This document shows positions 35,045 through 44,328 of a DNA stretch of 64,000 nucleotides, in pieces. Origin of the DNA: Pseudomonas phage PhiPA3. The stretch lies in the sequence record HQ630627.1; one strand, written 5' to 3'. The position numbers and the translations under genes are program-made. The stretch's first letter is position 1; each line of letters opens with the position of its first letter. The notes under the pieces are model-generated. The model saw only the letters and a program-made list of their open reading frames with translations, searched no databases and was not told the DNA's origin.

Positions 35045-35447
35045 AAGTAAGGAACTCAAACGGCTGGAGGCGCAGGAGCGTAAACGGGAAATGTTGCTTA
35101 CCCATCATCTCCCTGCTTTGTTTGAAGTGCTACCGGGTGGGGAGCGGTATGACCCCACTCACGAATACTACTACCGCATGGTAAATGACCGAGCCAGAAA
35201 CGTACTGAAAATAGCTCGTGAATCCAAAACGGATATCGACTTTGCGCACTACTGGAACGGTAAGATCGATCAGATGGGTACTCGTTCTTACATTCGTATC
35301 GCTTTCCAAGGTACGAGCGGTGAGTACTATATTCGGTCGTTCAACAAGTATATGTCGATTCATTACCCCAGCTTCAAACCTGTAGCCGTACCGCATTACA
35401 TGGCCCCTCGGGTAGACGAAGCATTCCTCGCGAACATCGAGGATTAA
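35037..35447 (+). CDS. hypothetical protein, paralog of 33254..33691
   Basis: track 35019..35447; ATG 35037 with RBS ggaggaacatcATG; N-terminus MPKSKELKRLEAQERKREMLLTHHLPALFEVLPGGERY. Confidence 0.65.
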   Translation: MPKSKELKRLEAQERKREMLLTHHLPALFEVLPGGERYDPTHEYYYRMVNDRARNVLKIARESKTDIDFAHYWNGKIDQMGTRSYIRIAFQGTSGEYYIRSFNKYMSIHYPSFKPVAVPHYMAPRVDEAFLANIED

Positions 35448-35454
35448 GTGAGAT

Positions 35455-35498
35455 CCTACTTACCTTCCTAATGGTGGGAGGTAAGTAGGTTTTATGCC
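35455..35498 (+). terminator. rho-independent terminator (11-bp stem CCUACUUACCU...AGGUAAGUAGG plus UUUUAUGCC)
   Basis: long perfect stem with 13-nt loop, T-run. Confidence 0.6.
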
Positions 35499-35520
35499 AA
35501 TTTGCAATAAGGAATCTGTA

Positions 35521-36054
35521 ATGAATCAATGGGATCTCGTTCGTAGTATCACTGGCATGCGCGCAACCCCGACTGGCACATGCGCTATGCGTAAAGACAT
35601 GATGGTCATGCGGGAACAGCCGATGTACTACCATTGGAACCTGGTTGAGCTACGGTCATTCAATGAAATGCCTTCCGTCCATTGCTGCACCAGTGGTGCT
35701 ATGAACGGCGCCTACACCATCACGGGTGAAGCGGCTGAGCCGGTCCAGTATTCCACTATCATGGTCTATGCAGAGGCAAAGGAAACCGCTGAAGAAGTAG
35801 CTCGCTTGCTCCAAGGAGCTAAATCGCACAAAGGTGATGACCTGTTCGAGCTGGCGAAAGTCAAACGTGCAATCATCTACCCGGTGACTCAAAATGGGTG
35901 GTTGTTCTATGATGGCCTGGTTGCGGCTCGGCATGAACGCAAGCAGATTACCGATATTTATCCGCCCCATGTGGTAGATCAAATCATCAGCCATGGTTTG
36001 GAGCTGCAATCAATGCCCAAAACTAAGCTTGATGATATATTCACAGCAGCCTGA
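35521..36054 (+). CDS. hypothetical protein
   Basis: track 35494..36054; second ATG 35521 has RBS aaggaatctgtaATG. Confidence 0.6.
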   Translation: MNQWDLVRSITGMRATPTGTCAMRKDMMVMREQPMYYHWNLVELRSFNEMPSVHCCTSGAMNGAYTITGEAAEPVQYSTIMVYAEAKETAEEVARLLQGAKSHKGDDLFELAKVKRAIIYPVTQNGWLFYDGLVAARHERKQITDIYPPHVVDQIISHGLELQSMPKTKLDDIFTAA

Positions 36055-36063
36055 TTAATTGCC

Positions 36064-36579
36064 ATGGAAAATCCAGAATTTCTTTATCATGGTTCCCTGT
36101 ACAAACAGAAGGAACTTATGCCAGGGTTTAAACGCTCTGGTCAACTATCGGTGTGGGATGGTGTTGAGTCTAACCTTAATCTCTACGCAACCACCAGTAA
36201 GGAGGAAGCGTACGACCTAGGGATCGGTTCAGCTACTGAGAAGAACTATGACTCGGATCGTTTCACCACGATCGATGGGAATATCTGGGTTTTCTGCCAG
36301 AAGCCGATTGATATCACGCAATGGTTACAGATGGAGCTTTACTGCTACACTATTCCATTTCGTGAAACGGATGGTTGGGTTAAGAACAAGAACCCGTACA
36401 ACAACATTGATACTGAGTGGACTACTCGTAAGACTGTTCACAATGTCAGTGTTGAGCAAGTAGACATGCGTACCGTGCTCAAAGGTCGTTGCGTAACGAT
36501 CACACAAGCGCCTATGGACGTCGATCTGTCTCAACTACTCCGTAAGTACCGGGACGTTACGAAAGTTTACCATATCTAA
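36064..36579 (+). CDS. hypothetical protein
   Basis: 171-aa ORF. Confidence 0.65.
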   Translation: MENPEFLYHGSLYKQKELMPGFKRSGQLSVWDGVESNLNLYATTSKEEAYDLGIGSATEKNYDSDRFTTIDGNIWVFCQKPIDITQWLQMELYCYTIPFRETDGWVKNKNPYNNIDTEWTTRKTVHNVSVEQVDMRTVLKGRCVTITQAPMDVDLSQLLRKYRDVTKVYHI

Positions 36580-36582
36580 GCG

Positions 36583-36610
36583 TAGAGCCCCCTACGGGGG
36601 CTTTATGCCA
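36583..36610 (+). terminator. rho-independent terminator (AGCCCCC-UACG-GGGGCU plus UUAUGCC)
   Basis: stem-loop after the stop. Confidence 0.65.
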
Positions 36611-36626
36611 TCACTAGGAGAATACA

Positions 36627-37034
36627 ATGTGTAAGCGTTACGAGTTCGATGATTTGGTCGTTCATCAGGCTTCTCGTTTTGGGACTGGTTCGCCATTCGC
36701 TTTGTCGGACTTGGGCTTTGATACACCCACGGATGCACGACTGTATATCGAAGACGTAATCAAATACATGGCCAATGAAACAGCCATCGATGAAGAATAT
36801 GTCGATCGTTGTCTGAGCAATGGGTGGGTAATGACCATCCGCTTTACTCCACAGAAGAAGACCGCATTCATTGAGCTGTTCATCTGTTCAGCTTCACATC
36901 AAGTAACTTTCAATCTTCGGTTGAAGTTGAAACGTCAGCCAGGTTGTCGTTACGACAAGATGATTGACATCCGGGAGCGGTTCGTTAATTGGATCCATGC
37001 TCGTCTGGATGATGAATTCAACGAAATTTTCTAA
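36627..37034 (+). CDS. hypothetical protein
   Basis: 135-aa ORF; RBS ctaggagaatacaATG. Confidence 0.6.
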   Translation: MCKRYEFDDLVVHQASRFGTGSPFALSDLGFDTPTDARLYIEDVIKYMANETAIDEEYVDRCLSNGWVMTIRFTPQKKTAFIELFICSASHQVTFNLRLKLKRQPGCRYDKMIDIRERFVNWIHARLDDEFNEIF

Positions 37035-37080
37035 AAGGAAATTCCAACGTTAGCATTTATCTCAAACGGTAGAGGTTGAT

Positions 37081-37446
37081 ATGAATACGTTGATTGTGCG
37101 GGTGAATACTAGTCGTCGTTTCGATAGCCTGATGGAGTCCGTTTTGCGCATGGGTCTTGTGGTAAAGGAACCTGTACATCACGATGGGATCAAGGACGAA
37201 TACATTCTGGTATTCGCTGAAGATCCTACTACCTGTCAGATTATCCGTGATGAGAAGCTTATTGGCTACTACTCGGCTAGTAAGTCTATGCGTGTATTGC
37301 ATAGCCTCATTCGTATGGAGGAGTTCTTTGCTCCTGGTGGTTATGAGACGATCTACATTGATCGTCATCAGTTAGATAATCGAGGTCGTATCCATCTCTC
37401 TTTCCTTGAGAAAGGTAAAGAAGAGGATGTAGAATTTTACCCATAA
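37081..37446 (+). CDS. hypothetical protein
   Basis: 121-aa ORF; RBS gtagaggttgatATG. Confidence 0.6.
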   Translation: MNTLIVRVNTSRRFDSLMESVLRMGLVVKEPVHHDGIKDEYILVFAEDPTTCQIIRDEKLIGYYSASKSMRVLHSLIRMEEFFAPGGYETIYIDRHQLDNRGRIHLSFLEKGKEEDVEFYP

Positions 37447-37458
37447 GCAGAATAAGGT

Positions 37459-37490
37459 GAGGGGCTGAGTGCCCCTCTTTATTCTTCTCT
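37459..37490 (+). terminator. rho-independent terminator (GAGGGGC-UGAGU-GCCCCUC plus UUUAUUCUUCUC)
   Basis: stem-loop plus T-rich tail. Confidence 0.65.
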
Positions 37491-37527
37491 TATATAAACA
37501 TCTACAGCTATACCGAAGGTATACCCG

Positions 37528-37746
37528 ATGTCTAAATGTAAACCGGAATACACCTGGGATCGACTTCAAGAGGAGATCCTTAATAATGGAATCAAACATG
37601 TAACCCTACTAGCAACAATGCCAGATCGTGATCCTCCAAGGATCATTCATGGTGGTACATGTGAGTGCATTCACCCAATAAGAGAATTCAAAAATGCAAA
37701 ACGAGATCACCGACCCCTCTGTTATAATCTTCACTGGTTGGGATGA
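37528..37746 (+). CDS. small Cys/His-containing protein
   Basis: 72-aa ORF; RBS ccgaaggtatacccgATG; overlaps the next ORF by ~50 nt in another frame. Confidence 0.4.
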   Translation: MSKCKPEYTWDRLQEEILNNGIKHVTLLATMPDRDPPRIIHGGTCECIHPIREFKNAKRDHRPLCYNLHWLG

Positions 37747-38521
37747 GCAACAAGTCGCATTGGAGTATATCCATGCTCAACGGTTGCAAGATCTGCTGGA
37801 AATCATCCTGATGGGTAAAGATGACAACGATAATACCTATTTCGTTATCCGTCCCACGAAGGTTGCTCTGCGTGAACCAGCTGGTAGTTGGGTTAAGCAT
37901 CTGACTGCCCTCGTGTACCGCATTCGCAGTAGACAACAAAATCATTCTTCTGTACGCGTATACGCGTACAAAGTACCGCTTGACACCATCTATTCGTTCG
38001 TGACGGTTGGGGGTAGCCTCTACACGTTTACTGACGCTGAACGTGCTGAGTGTCGTTCTCTGGAACCCAAGAGCTGGTATCTCCCGATTGACGGTTACCC
38101 CAAGATCTTGAAACTTCAGATCTGTGGTAATCCTATTGCTGTGCGTAGCGCTTACAAATACCTGCGTAACGAAATGCGCACGCGTACCTACATTGGTGTA
38201 CGGGACATTAAGAAAGCCATGGCATTGATGATGGCAAGTGGTGGGGATAAGGCCTACTTGCTAGCTATCACTGAAAATGGGGTGGTCGTTAAGATCGATC
38301 AAACCAAAATGTCCATCATGGAAAGCAAGAACGAATCCAACTGGCTCATGATGGATCTCATTGCCAACCACTTCACTCAACGAGACTGTACCAAGGTCGC
38401 TGAGAACCCTGAGCGACTGTGGGATGAATGGGACCAACTCCGGAAAGACTATATTCGTGCGATGCGCAACATTGCCGAACACAAAGTCCCCAATCTCAAC
38501 GTTTCTGTAAATAACTACTAA
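37694..38521 (+). CDS. hypothetical protein, tandem paralog of 38531..39313
   Basis: 275 aa; shares Y[FL][VL]IRP motif and a ~70-aa C-terminal block (LK..[IL]..G......RS.[YR].[LW].......[IR].....[IV]..AM..M.S.......[IL]TE[ND]G.V..[IL]) with the next gene. Confidence 0.6.
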   Translation: MQNEITDPSVIIFTGWDEQQVALEYIHAQRLQDLLEIILMGKDDNDNTYFVIRPTKVALREPAGSWVKHLTALVYRIRSRQQNHSSVRVYAYKVPLDTIYSFVTVGGSLYTFTDAERAECRSLEPKSWYLPIDGYPKILKLQICGNPIAVRSAYKYLRNEMRTRTYIGVRDIKKAMALMMASGGDKAYLLAITENGVVVKIDQTKMSIMESKNESNWLMMDLIANHFTQRDCTKVAENPERLWDEWDQLRKDYIRAMRNIAEHKVPNLNVSVNNY

Positions 38522-38530
38522 GGCATTCCA

Positions 38531-39313
38531 ATGACTGACAAAGTAGCAGTAATCGCTATCCCGCGCCCACTTAGCCCCGAACACATGATCTACCTGTACA
38601 ACATGGTCGATCGACATAATGAGTCGCTCCCTGATCCTTTCTTCAACCTGGAAATGGTTGAAGATGAGGAAGGTGGTGATGGTCTCTACCTCATTCGCCC
38701 CAATGCTGGATATTACTGGGCTAGACATCGTTATACTGAAAACCTGGAAGTAATGAAATCGGAACTGATAGCACAAGATATTGGCTATCACGACTTCACG
38801 TTCGTCCGTGTTATTTTCAAAGCGATGGATACACTGAGCTATAACGGTAACCTACGCATCTTTAAGAGTCCGGAATGTGACTCTTACGAACTGGACATTC
38901 GCAAGGTAGATGTACACCTGCCGATTCCTGGAATCAGACCCAAGCTCAAGCGTATCCTGCTCACAGGCGAACATAATAGCCTTCGTAGTGTGCGTCGTTG
39001 GTTGAAATGGAACATCATCCACAACCGCGGTCGTCTGTGCCAAAACGTTATCCATGAGGCCATGAAACGCATGGGGTCTAGTAGTGTTCACTTCATCACT
39101 GAAGATGGCTTCGTGGCACGCTTGACCAAGCAAGGCATCAACATGGTGTTCGCTAATCCTCAAGCTACTGCGGTGCGAATGACTGCTTTGGCTAATGGGT
39201 TGGAGGAAGACATTTTGGTCAAAGGGCTGCGCCGTACGGAATCCCCGCCGCATGCCCCGATGTGGACCGTAATGCATGACGTCTACAGCTACAACCAAGC
39301 ATTTGCTATGTAA
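38531..39313 (+). CDS. hypothetical protein, tandem paralog of 37694..38521
   Basis: 260-aa ORF; RBS aaggcattccaATG. Confidence 0.65.
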   Translation: MTDKVAVIAIPRPLSPEHMIYLYNMVDRHNESLPDPFFNLEMVEDEEGGDGLYLIRPNAGYYWARHRYTENLEVMKSELIAQDIGYHDFTFVRVIFKAMDTLSYNGNLRIFKSPECDSYELDIRKVDVHLPIPGIRPKLKRILLTGEHNSLRSVRRWLKWNIIHNRGRLCQNVIHEAMKRMGSSSVHFITEDGFVARLTKQGINMVFANPQATAVRMTALANGLEEDILVKGLRRTESPPHAPMWTVMHDVYSYNQAFAM

Positions 39314-39379
39314 TGGAATTGGACCCTTGTCAGAAATGACCGGGGTCCATCCATTTATAATCGATAACAGGAGACTCCA

Positions 39380-40165
39380 ATGAATCGTCGTACCGAATAC
39401 CGTTTCTCTCTGTCATACGACCGTGAGCTGGTCGCTGCTAATCCACTGGGTTTCGTGGTTGAAGAATTCCTTGGAGGCTGGTTCAAAGAACTCGAAGAAA
39501 AGATCAATCGAGATTATGTAGCTAGCTATAATGTGCCTTTCCATGGTAGCTGGAACTACTTTGAGTTGGAGCAATTCCAAAACAATGCTTTCTTCAACCA
39601 GTACCACGAAGTAATGCAGTCCCTCGAAGCATTGGAAAAACAACTGGGCGAACGCGCCGGATTGCGCATCCAGATCACAAAACCTGAGTGTGCTCTTACC
39701 CATGTACTGATTGGTCAGGATAAGATTTTGTTGTCTCCTGATTGTGGTCACGTGGGTATCCGTGTTCCAGAAGGGACAGTGGTGGCTAGCGAAAGATGGG
39801 GTGACCATAGAGATCGTAACGTAGATTCCATTGCTGTGTTTGGTGAGCATTCCAAGATGCGCTACGTTGCCAAGCAGGTGCGCTACGCATTGAAGCAAAA
39901 AGGTGTAACCACGATCGCTAACAGTTCGATGGCGCGATTCCTACATGACCTCTTCCACCCCACCTACGAAAACAACCAAAAGTACAAGTTCAACATGATC
40001 ATGTCTGACGTGTATGTATTGGTGTTATTCAAGGATGGTGGTGCTGAGATCTATGGCAAGGATCTGGGAGAGATCTTCGAAAACCATAACCTGATATTCC
40101 TAGAACGGGAATACACCATTTGTGGACAACATTTCCCGATGTTGACTGGAGACCGTTTGGTATAA
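39380..40165 (+). CDS. hypothetical protein
   Basis: 261-aa ORF; RBS aggagactccaATG. Confidence 0.65.
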   Translation: MNRRTEYRFSLSYDRELVAANPLGFVVEEFLGGWFKELEEKINRDYVASYNVPFHGSWNYFELEQFQNNAFFNQYHEVMQSLEALEKQLGERAGLRIQITKPECALTHVLIGQDKILLSPDCGHVGIRVPEGTVVASERWGDHRDRNVDSIAVFGEHSKMRYVAKQVRYALKQKGVTTIANSSMARFLHDLFHPTYENNQKYKFNMIMSDVYVLVLFKDGGAEIYGKDLGEIFENHNLIFLEREYTICGQHFPMLTGDRLV

Positions 40166-40167
40166 TC

Positions 40168-41694
40168 ATGGAAACATTGATACATTACTACGACCTGTTC
40201 ATGACAATCAGTCAGAAGAACATGGTCATGGGGGGTGTAATTGGAGCGGGGATTGGTGCTTTCTTCTGGAGTGTCCTTCGGGGCATTCCGAGGAAGACCA
40301 TCAACGCGATTAAGTCGCAGTTGATATCCACGCTCCATATCACCAACGTGGGGAATCAGTTTAACGAGAAAAACTTCGATGCTTTCATGGAGTGGTATCA
40401 GAAGCAACCGTTGGCTGGGTATAACCGAAGACTCAGTGCGAACACAGTTGACGACTGGGTATCGTCCGATGAGAGAAAACCAACGATTGGGGTTGGCTTC
40501 GGTTTACACTTCTTCATGTACCGTGGGCGACTGTTTTGGTTTAATAAAGTTCGGATCGACGGTAACCAATCTGCCGTAGATAAGCAGGAGATTCTGATCC
40601 ATGGGTTGACACGTGATAAACAGCTCCTGGTAGACATGGTGGAAGAGTACCGTGTTAAGCGAAAGAAGAATGGCCTGACGATCTGTCATTGGGACGGCAA
40701 TCGCTGGGGCAACGAGATTGAAGTCACCAAACGTGATCTATCAACCGTTGTTCTGAACAATGAGATCAAAGCTGGACTGATGCGTCGAATGGAGGAATTC
40801 TATTCTGGACGCGCGTGGTATGATGAACGTGGGCTACCCTACAAGTTCACGGTAGTTTTCCACGGGCCACCGGGTACAGGTAAATCGTCTTTGGCTAAAG
40901 CATTCGCTTCTCACTACAATAAAAATGTCAGCACGATGTCTTTGGCAGCCATGTCGAACGATACCCTGCGGCGAGCTTTCCTGACGCTGCCTAAAGGGAA
41001 CATCCTACTCATCGAGGACTTTGACGATACACCTGCTGTCAAAGATCGCTTGTCTTCTGATCCCGTTAAATTGGAAAACGAGATTAAGCGAATGGAACGT
41101 GAATATAAGCTGGAGTATATCGGCCATCTGTTTCCGGACATGCAGGAGTATGAGAACAGTGTCCAGCGCTACGTAGCTATCGATAAAGTTGCCATTATGG
41201 CAGACCTTAGCCACGAGCCTGCCGGTCTCAGTGTCAGCATGGGTGGTGTTCGTGATGAGATTGAAAGCCAGGGCTACCAGATGGGCCCCGTCAGTATTGA
41301 TGACTACGCAATTTGTCAACGGTACGCTGAGCTTTTGGTTAAGCGCGATCAGGGTGTACAGTTTGATACGAGTTCAGGCTTGACTTTATCGGCGCTGCTC
41401 AATGCGCTCGATGGGATCGTTCCTTTGGATGAAACGATGGTTATCATGACTACTAACCATCCAGAAAACCTGGACGCTGCATTGACTCGTAAGGGTCGTG
41501 TGGATTACATGGTCGAGATCCCGTTGTTCCAAGATGCGGAGGTACGTGAGTACATCAATCTCATGTTCCCGGATTACGAGGTCCCTACGGATATTCGTTT
41601 CCGGCCCATTGCAGGTTGCGATGTCATGGCGGCCTTCAGTGAAAACCGGACCTGTCCAGAATCGATGATTCGCGCCCTACCTAAAGTAGCATAA
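40168..41694 (+). CDS. BCS1-like AAA+ ATPase with N-terminal transmembrane anchor
   Basis: track 40120..41694; ATG 40168 after the upstream stop. N-terminal TM MVMGGVIGAGIGAFFWSVL. Regions HFFMYRGRLFWFNKVR, VVLNNEIKAGLMRRMEEFYSGRAWYDERGLPYKFTVVFHGPPGTGKSSLAKAF, ILLIEDFDD and LLNALDGIV align by eye with mitochondrial BCS1 (HWFRYRGRWIWVERSR, ...YLLYGPPGCGKSSF, LVLLEDVDAAF, LLNALDGV). Confidence 0.85.
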   Translation: METLIHYYDLFMTISQKNMVMGGVIGAGIGAFFWSVLRGIPRKTINAIKSQLISTLHITNVGNQFNEKNFDAFMEWYQKQPLAGYNRRLSANTVDDWVSSDERKPTIGVGFGLHFFMYRGRLFWFNKVRIDGNQSAVDKQEILIHGLTRDKQLLVDMVEEYRVKRKKNGLTICHWDGNRWGNEIEVTKRDLSTVVLNNEIKAGLMRRMEEFYSGRAWYDERGLPYKFTVVFHGPPGTGKSSLAKAFASHYNKNVSTMSLAAMSNDTLRRAFLTLPKGNILLIEDFDDTPAVKDRLSSDPVKLENEIKRMEREYKLEYIGHLFPDMQEYENSVQRYVAIDKVAIMADLSHEPAGLSVSMGGVRDEIESQGYQMGPVSIDDYAICQRYAELLVKRDQGVQFDTSSGLTLSALLNALDGIVPLDETMVIMTTNHPENLDAALTRKGRVDYMVEIPLFQDAEVREYINLMFPDYEVPTDIRFRPIAGCDVMAAFSENRTCPESMIRALPKVA

Positions 41695-41725
41695 ACAGAG
41701 AGGCCTTCGGGCCTCTCTTTATATT
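41695..41725 (+). terminator. rho-independent terminator (AGAGAGGCC-UUCG-GGCCUCUCU plus UUAUAUU)
   Basis: stem-loop after the AAA gene. Confidence 0.7.
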
Positions 41726-41741
41726 CAAATCCATTTAAAGC

Positions 41742-41750
41742 CTACATTAC
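41742..41750 (+). promoter_or_regulatory. promoter-like element, core CTACATTAC (class B: ccatttaaagcCTACATTACaagctTGAT)
   Basis: conserved 9-mer 27 nt upstream of ATG 41778. Confidence 0.5.
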
Positions 41751-41777
41751 AAGCTTGATAACCCAAGGAGTTAAATT

Positions 41778-42128
41778 ATGTCTATCAATCTAATCCGAGA
41801 GGATTGCCGTTATGCCCTGAAGTACGCAGATCTTTTCGTAGCCGCTGCGCTCCAGGGTTCTTCGGACTTTTATATCGACTCGTGCATGGGTATGCTTGCC
41901 GCGCACGGCGATAAGTCCGAGCAGTATCGTGACTACTGGGTCTCCCGTGGTCTCGACTATAAACGGGCTCAGCTGGTTTACCTGCTGACCTTCACCAAAC
42001 TGTTGGGGGCTACTCCGAAGCATCATTCGAAAGAGTGGGTGCTGACGAACTACCACAACTACGTCCCCATCTTTGAGCAACTGGAGCGTGATCATGGAAC
42101 TGAACAAACGCATCAAACTTCTTCATGA
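41778..42128 (+). CDS. hypothetical protein
   Basis: 116-aa ORF; RBS ccaaggagttaaattATG. Confidence 0.6.
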   Translation: MSINLIREDCRYALKYADLFVAAALQGSSDFYIDSCMGMLAAHGDKSEQYRDYWVSRGLDYKRAQLVYLLTFTKLLGATPKHHSKEWVLTNYHNYVPIFEQLERDHGTEQTHQTSS

Positions 42129-42417
42129 AATCCTGGGTCAATTCTCACCACTCGGTTCGATCATGAGTGACTACGAGGATGTGACCTTCGTCAATCTAAC
42201 AGTAACCAAGCGTGAGCCTGGCGTACTGGAATACAAAGTTACTTATAAACCCAAAGGTGATCTGTTCAAGCAGGTCGGTGCTTGGGATGCAGTGGTTGTG
42301 CTGAAAAGCCAATCGCAGGTCATTAACCAAGTTATCCTGAAGTCGATATTCGGTAAGTCCATCGAATGGGTATCGACCATGGACGACGTTGCAGAAGAAC
42401 TCTCGCCTACCACCTGA
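42094..42417 (+). CDS. hypothetical protein (start uncertain)
   Basis: track 42073..42417; in-frame ATG at 42094 (MELNKRIKLL) overlapping the upstream gene. Confidence 0.45.
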   Translation: MELNKRIKLLHEILGQFSPLGSIMSDYEDVTFVNLTVTKREPGVLEYKVTYKPKGDLFKQVGAWDAVVVLKSQSQVINQVILKSIFGKSIEWVSTMDDVAEELSPTT

Positions 42418-42428
42418 GAGTGAAAGGT

Positions 42429-42590
42429 ATGAACAAACTGCTAAAATGGGAATTGGACTGGGTGGCTAGCCACCCAGAACACTATCGCGACGCACGGCAT
42501 CAGTCGTATGTACAGAAACGAATTGCCGCGCGTTATCTCCTCAACTGGTTCACTAAAGCAGCTCGTGTAAAAAATCACCAGAGTTCCTAA
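42429..42590 (+). CDS. small basic protein (53 aa)
   Basis: track 42366..42590; ATG 42429 with RBS gagtgaaaggtATG; followed by a hairpin. Confidence 0.4.
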   Translation: MNKLLKWELDWVASHPEHYRDARHQSYVQKRIAARYLLNWFTKAARVKNHQSS

Positions 42591-42616
42591 TGTTTTAGGA
42601 AGGAACTCTGGCTGTT
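42578..42616 (+). terminator. hairpin (CCAGAGUUCC...GGAACUCUGG) - weak terminator candidate (no clear T-run)
   Basis: 10-bp stem with inner sub-stem; overlaps the stop of the upstream small ORF. Confidence 0.4.
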
Positions 42617-42654
42617 CAATAACAAAAATCTTGGACTCAGGCCGAAAGGCTTTT

Positions 42655-43602
42655 ATGTCCGCAAACTTCAAAGATCAAAAGGGAACGAAAATGAGTGCAT
42701 GGTTGGTTGATAAGGTAATGGCTCGTATTCGTCAGTTCGACATTCAAAGGGAAGTCGAACAGGCTGCTGAACAACCGCAAGCAATCGAAGAAGTCGCACA
42801 GCAGCCAGAAACTAAGGCAGATCCCACCATGTTGGAATTCCTGCGTGGGCTTGATAATGAACTGCCGGTAATGGAAAAAGAAGAGAATCCAAAGAAAGAA
42901 AGGAGCACCACCGATATGTTCTTCGAGGACTTGAAGACCAAAGCTTTCGAAATGACCAGCTACGTTCTGCGTCGCTACATGGCCGACTATACCAATACTC
43001 AAACTGCTCCGAAAGGTAAGTCCATTACCTTTGCAGCAGTAACCAGCATCACTGGTGAAGTATGGCTGGGGGAATCCAAAGATCCGCAAGCGGTCTTTAA
43101 TCGTTTCAAGTCTGGTAAGAATCTACCGAAGAATCTCCAGGACTTGGTTGATGATGGTCAGAAACTGCATATCTATGCAACGGCGCGGGAAATCGATGTT
43201 GACTCGCTCCGCAGGGAATTGGAAGATATGGATGTCCTACTGGCTCGTACCGCACCTAACCGTCGTGGGGACGTCTGTGGGTATGTGTACGTATGCCGTC
43301 ATCGCCGCACCGGCAATTACTTCCTGAAGAAAGCTCGTGGCGCTACCCCTAACCCGGAATTGGTTCTGTCTATGTTCCTTGGTTATCTCAACAATACCAA
43401 ACAAACCTACATGGCCCACAGCAATAAACTGCTTCACAGCTTCGTTACCCAGAATGCTGCTGATTGCCTTAACAAGCAGAACTTCACTGTGGATGTGGTC
43501 GCCAAATTCAACAATGTCGATCATGCAATTGAAATCATGAATGAGTTCATGATCAATTCCATTATGGGTGTTTGCCTGAATCGCGGTTTCACCCGCCACT
43601 AA
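42655..43602 (+). CDS. hypothetical protein (start uncertain: 42655 or 42691)
   Basis: track 42631..43602 begins on TTG; ATG 42655 with RBS ccgaaaggcttttATG. Confidence 0.6.
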   Translation: MSANFKDQKGTKMSAWLVDKVMARIRQFDIQREVEQAAEQPQAIEEVAQQPETKADPTMLEFLRGLDNELPVMEKEENPKKERSTTDMFFEDLKTKAFEMTSYVLRRYMADYTNTQTAPKGKSITFAAVTSITGEVWLGESKDPQAVFNRFKSGKNLPKNLQDLVDDGQKLHIYATAREIDVDSLRRELEDMDVLLARTAPNRRGDVCGYVYVCRHRRTGNYFLKKARGATPNPELVLSMFLGYLNNTKQTYMAHSNKLLHSFVTQNAADCLNKQNFTVDVVAKFNNVDHAIEIMNEFMINSIMGVCLNRGFTRH

Positions 43603-43665
43603 AATATACAGGGGTGGTATTATCTTTGAGGTGATACCACTTCTAATGAATTAAAAGGAAAGCAC

Positions 43666-44328
43666 ATGTCTGCACAAATCGTAAATCTTCCATTTGTTAC
43701 ATTGATCGTACAACGAATCAACGATTACACTGTTAATCACCAATCAGGTACTGACAACATTCCGCATCTGTGCGTGAAGGTAAAACATGCCAACGGTTTT
43801 GCATGGTTTGGTATCAACGTCATGCCTGGTTTTGAACAACGCAACTGGACATCGTCTGAATCCAATCAGGTTCGTGAACGTTTCCTGGACGCGATTCACC
43901 TGCTTACTGACGTAGTCGAGATGGTTAGCAACGTCGACCGTCTGATGGACAGCCTGCAATCGATCGTCTCGGGTCATAAACGTTCGATCCAGATCTGTGC
44001 ACCCCATAACGAGTTCCTCCAGTGCTACCTCAACAACAATATCCAACTGGATGTGTATCGTGAGGAAGTCAATGAGGAAATCATGTCCTATGGTGGCTTC
44101 TTCTTCACGGTGAACATTCGCAATCAAGACTACCCTGGTTTCCTGTACCATCGCGGTATCATCCTTTACAACTATATCGACGAGGATGAAGCCAAGCTCC
44201 TGATCTCGTCCAATTTGGATACCCTGTATCCGGAATTGATCGGTTGTGATCTGGAAGCCGATGATATCATCATCCACAAGGTGGTGGAGCGTACTCGTAA
44301 CCGCGCTAATCGCCGGGAGTATGCGTAA
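43666..44328 (+). CDS. hypothetical protein
   Basis: 220-aa ORF; RBS aaaaggaaagcacATG. Confidence 0.65.
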   Translation: MSAQIVNLPFVTLIVQRINDYTVNHQSGTDNIPHLCVKVKHANGFAWFGINVMPGFEQRNWTSSESNQVRERFLDAIHLLTDVVEMVSNVDRLMDSLQSIVSGHKRSIQICAPHNEFLQCYLNNNIQLDVYREEVNEEIMSYGGFFFTVNIRNQDYPGFLYHRGIILYNYIDEDEAKLLISSNLDTLYPELIGCDLEADDIIIHKVVERTRNRANRREYA

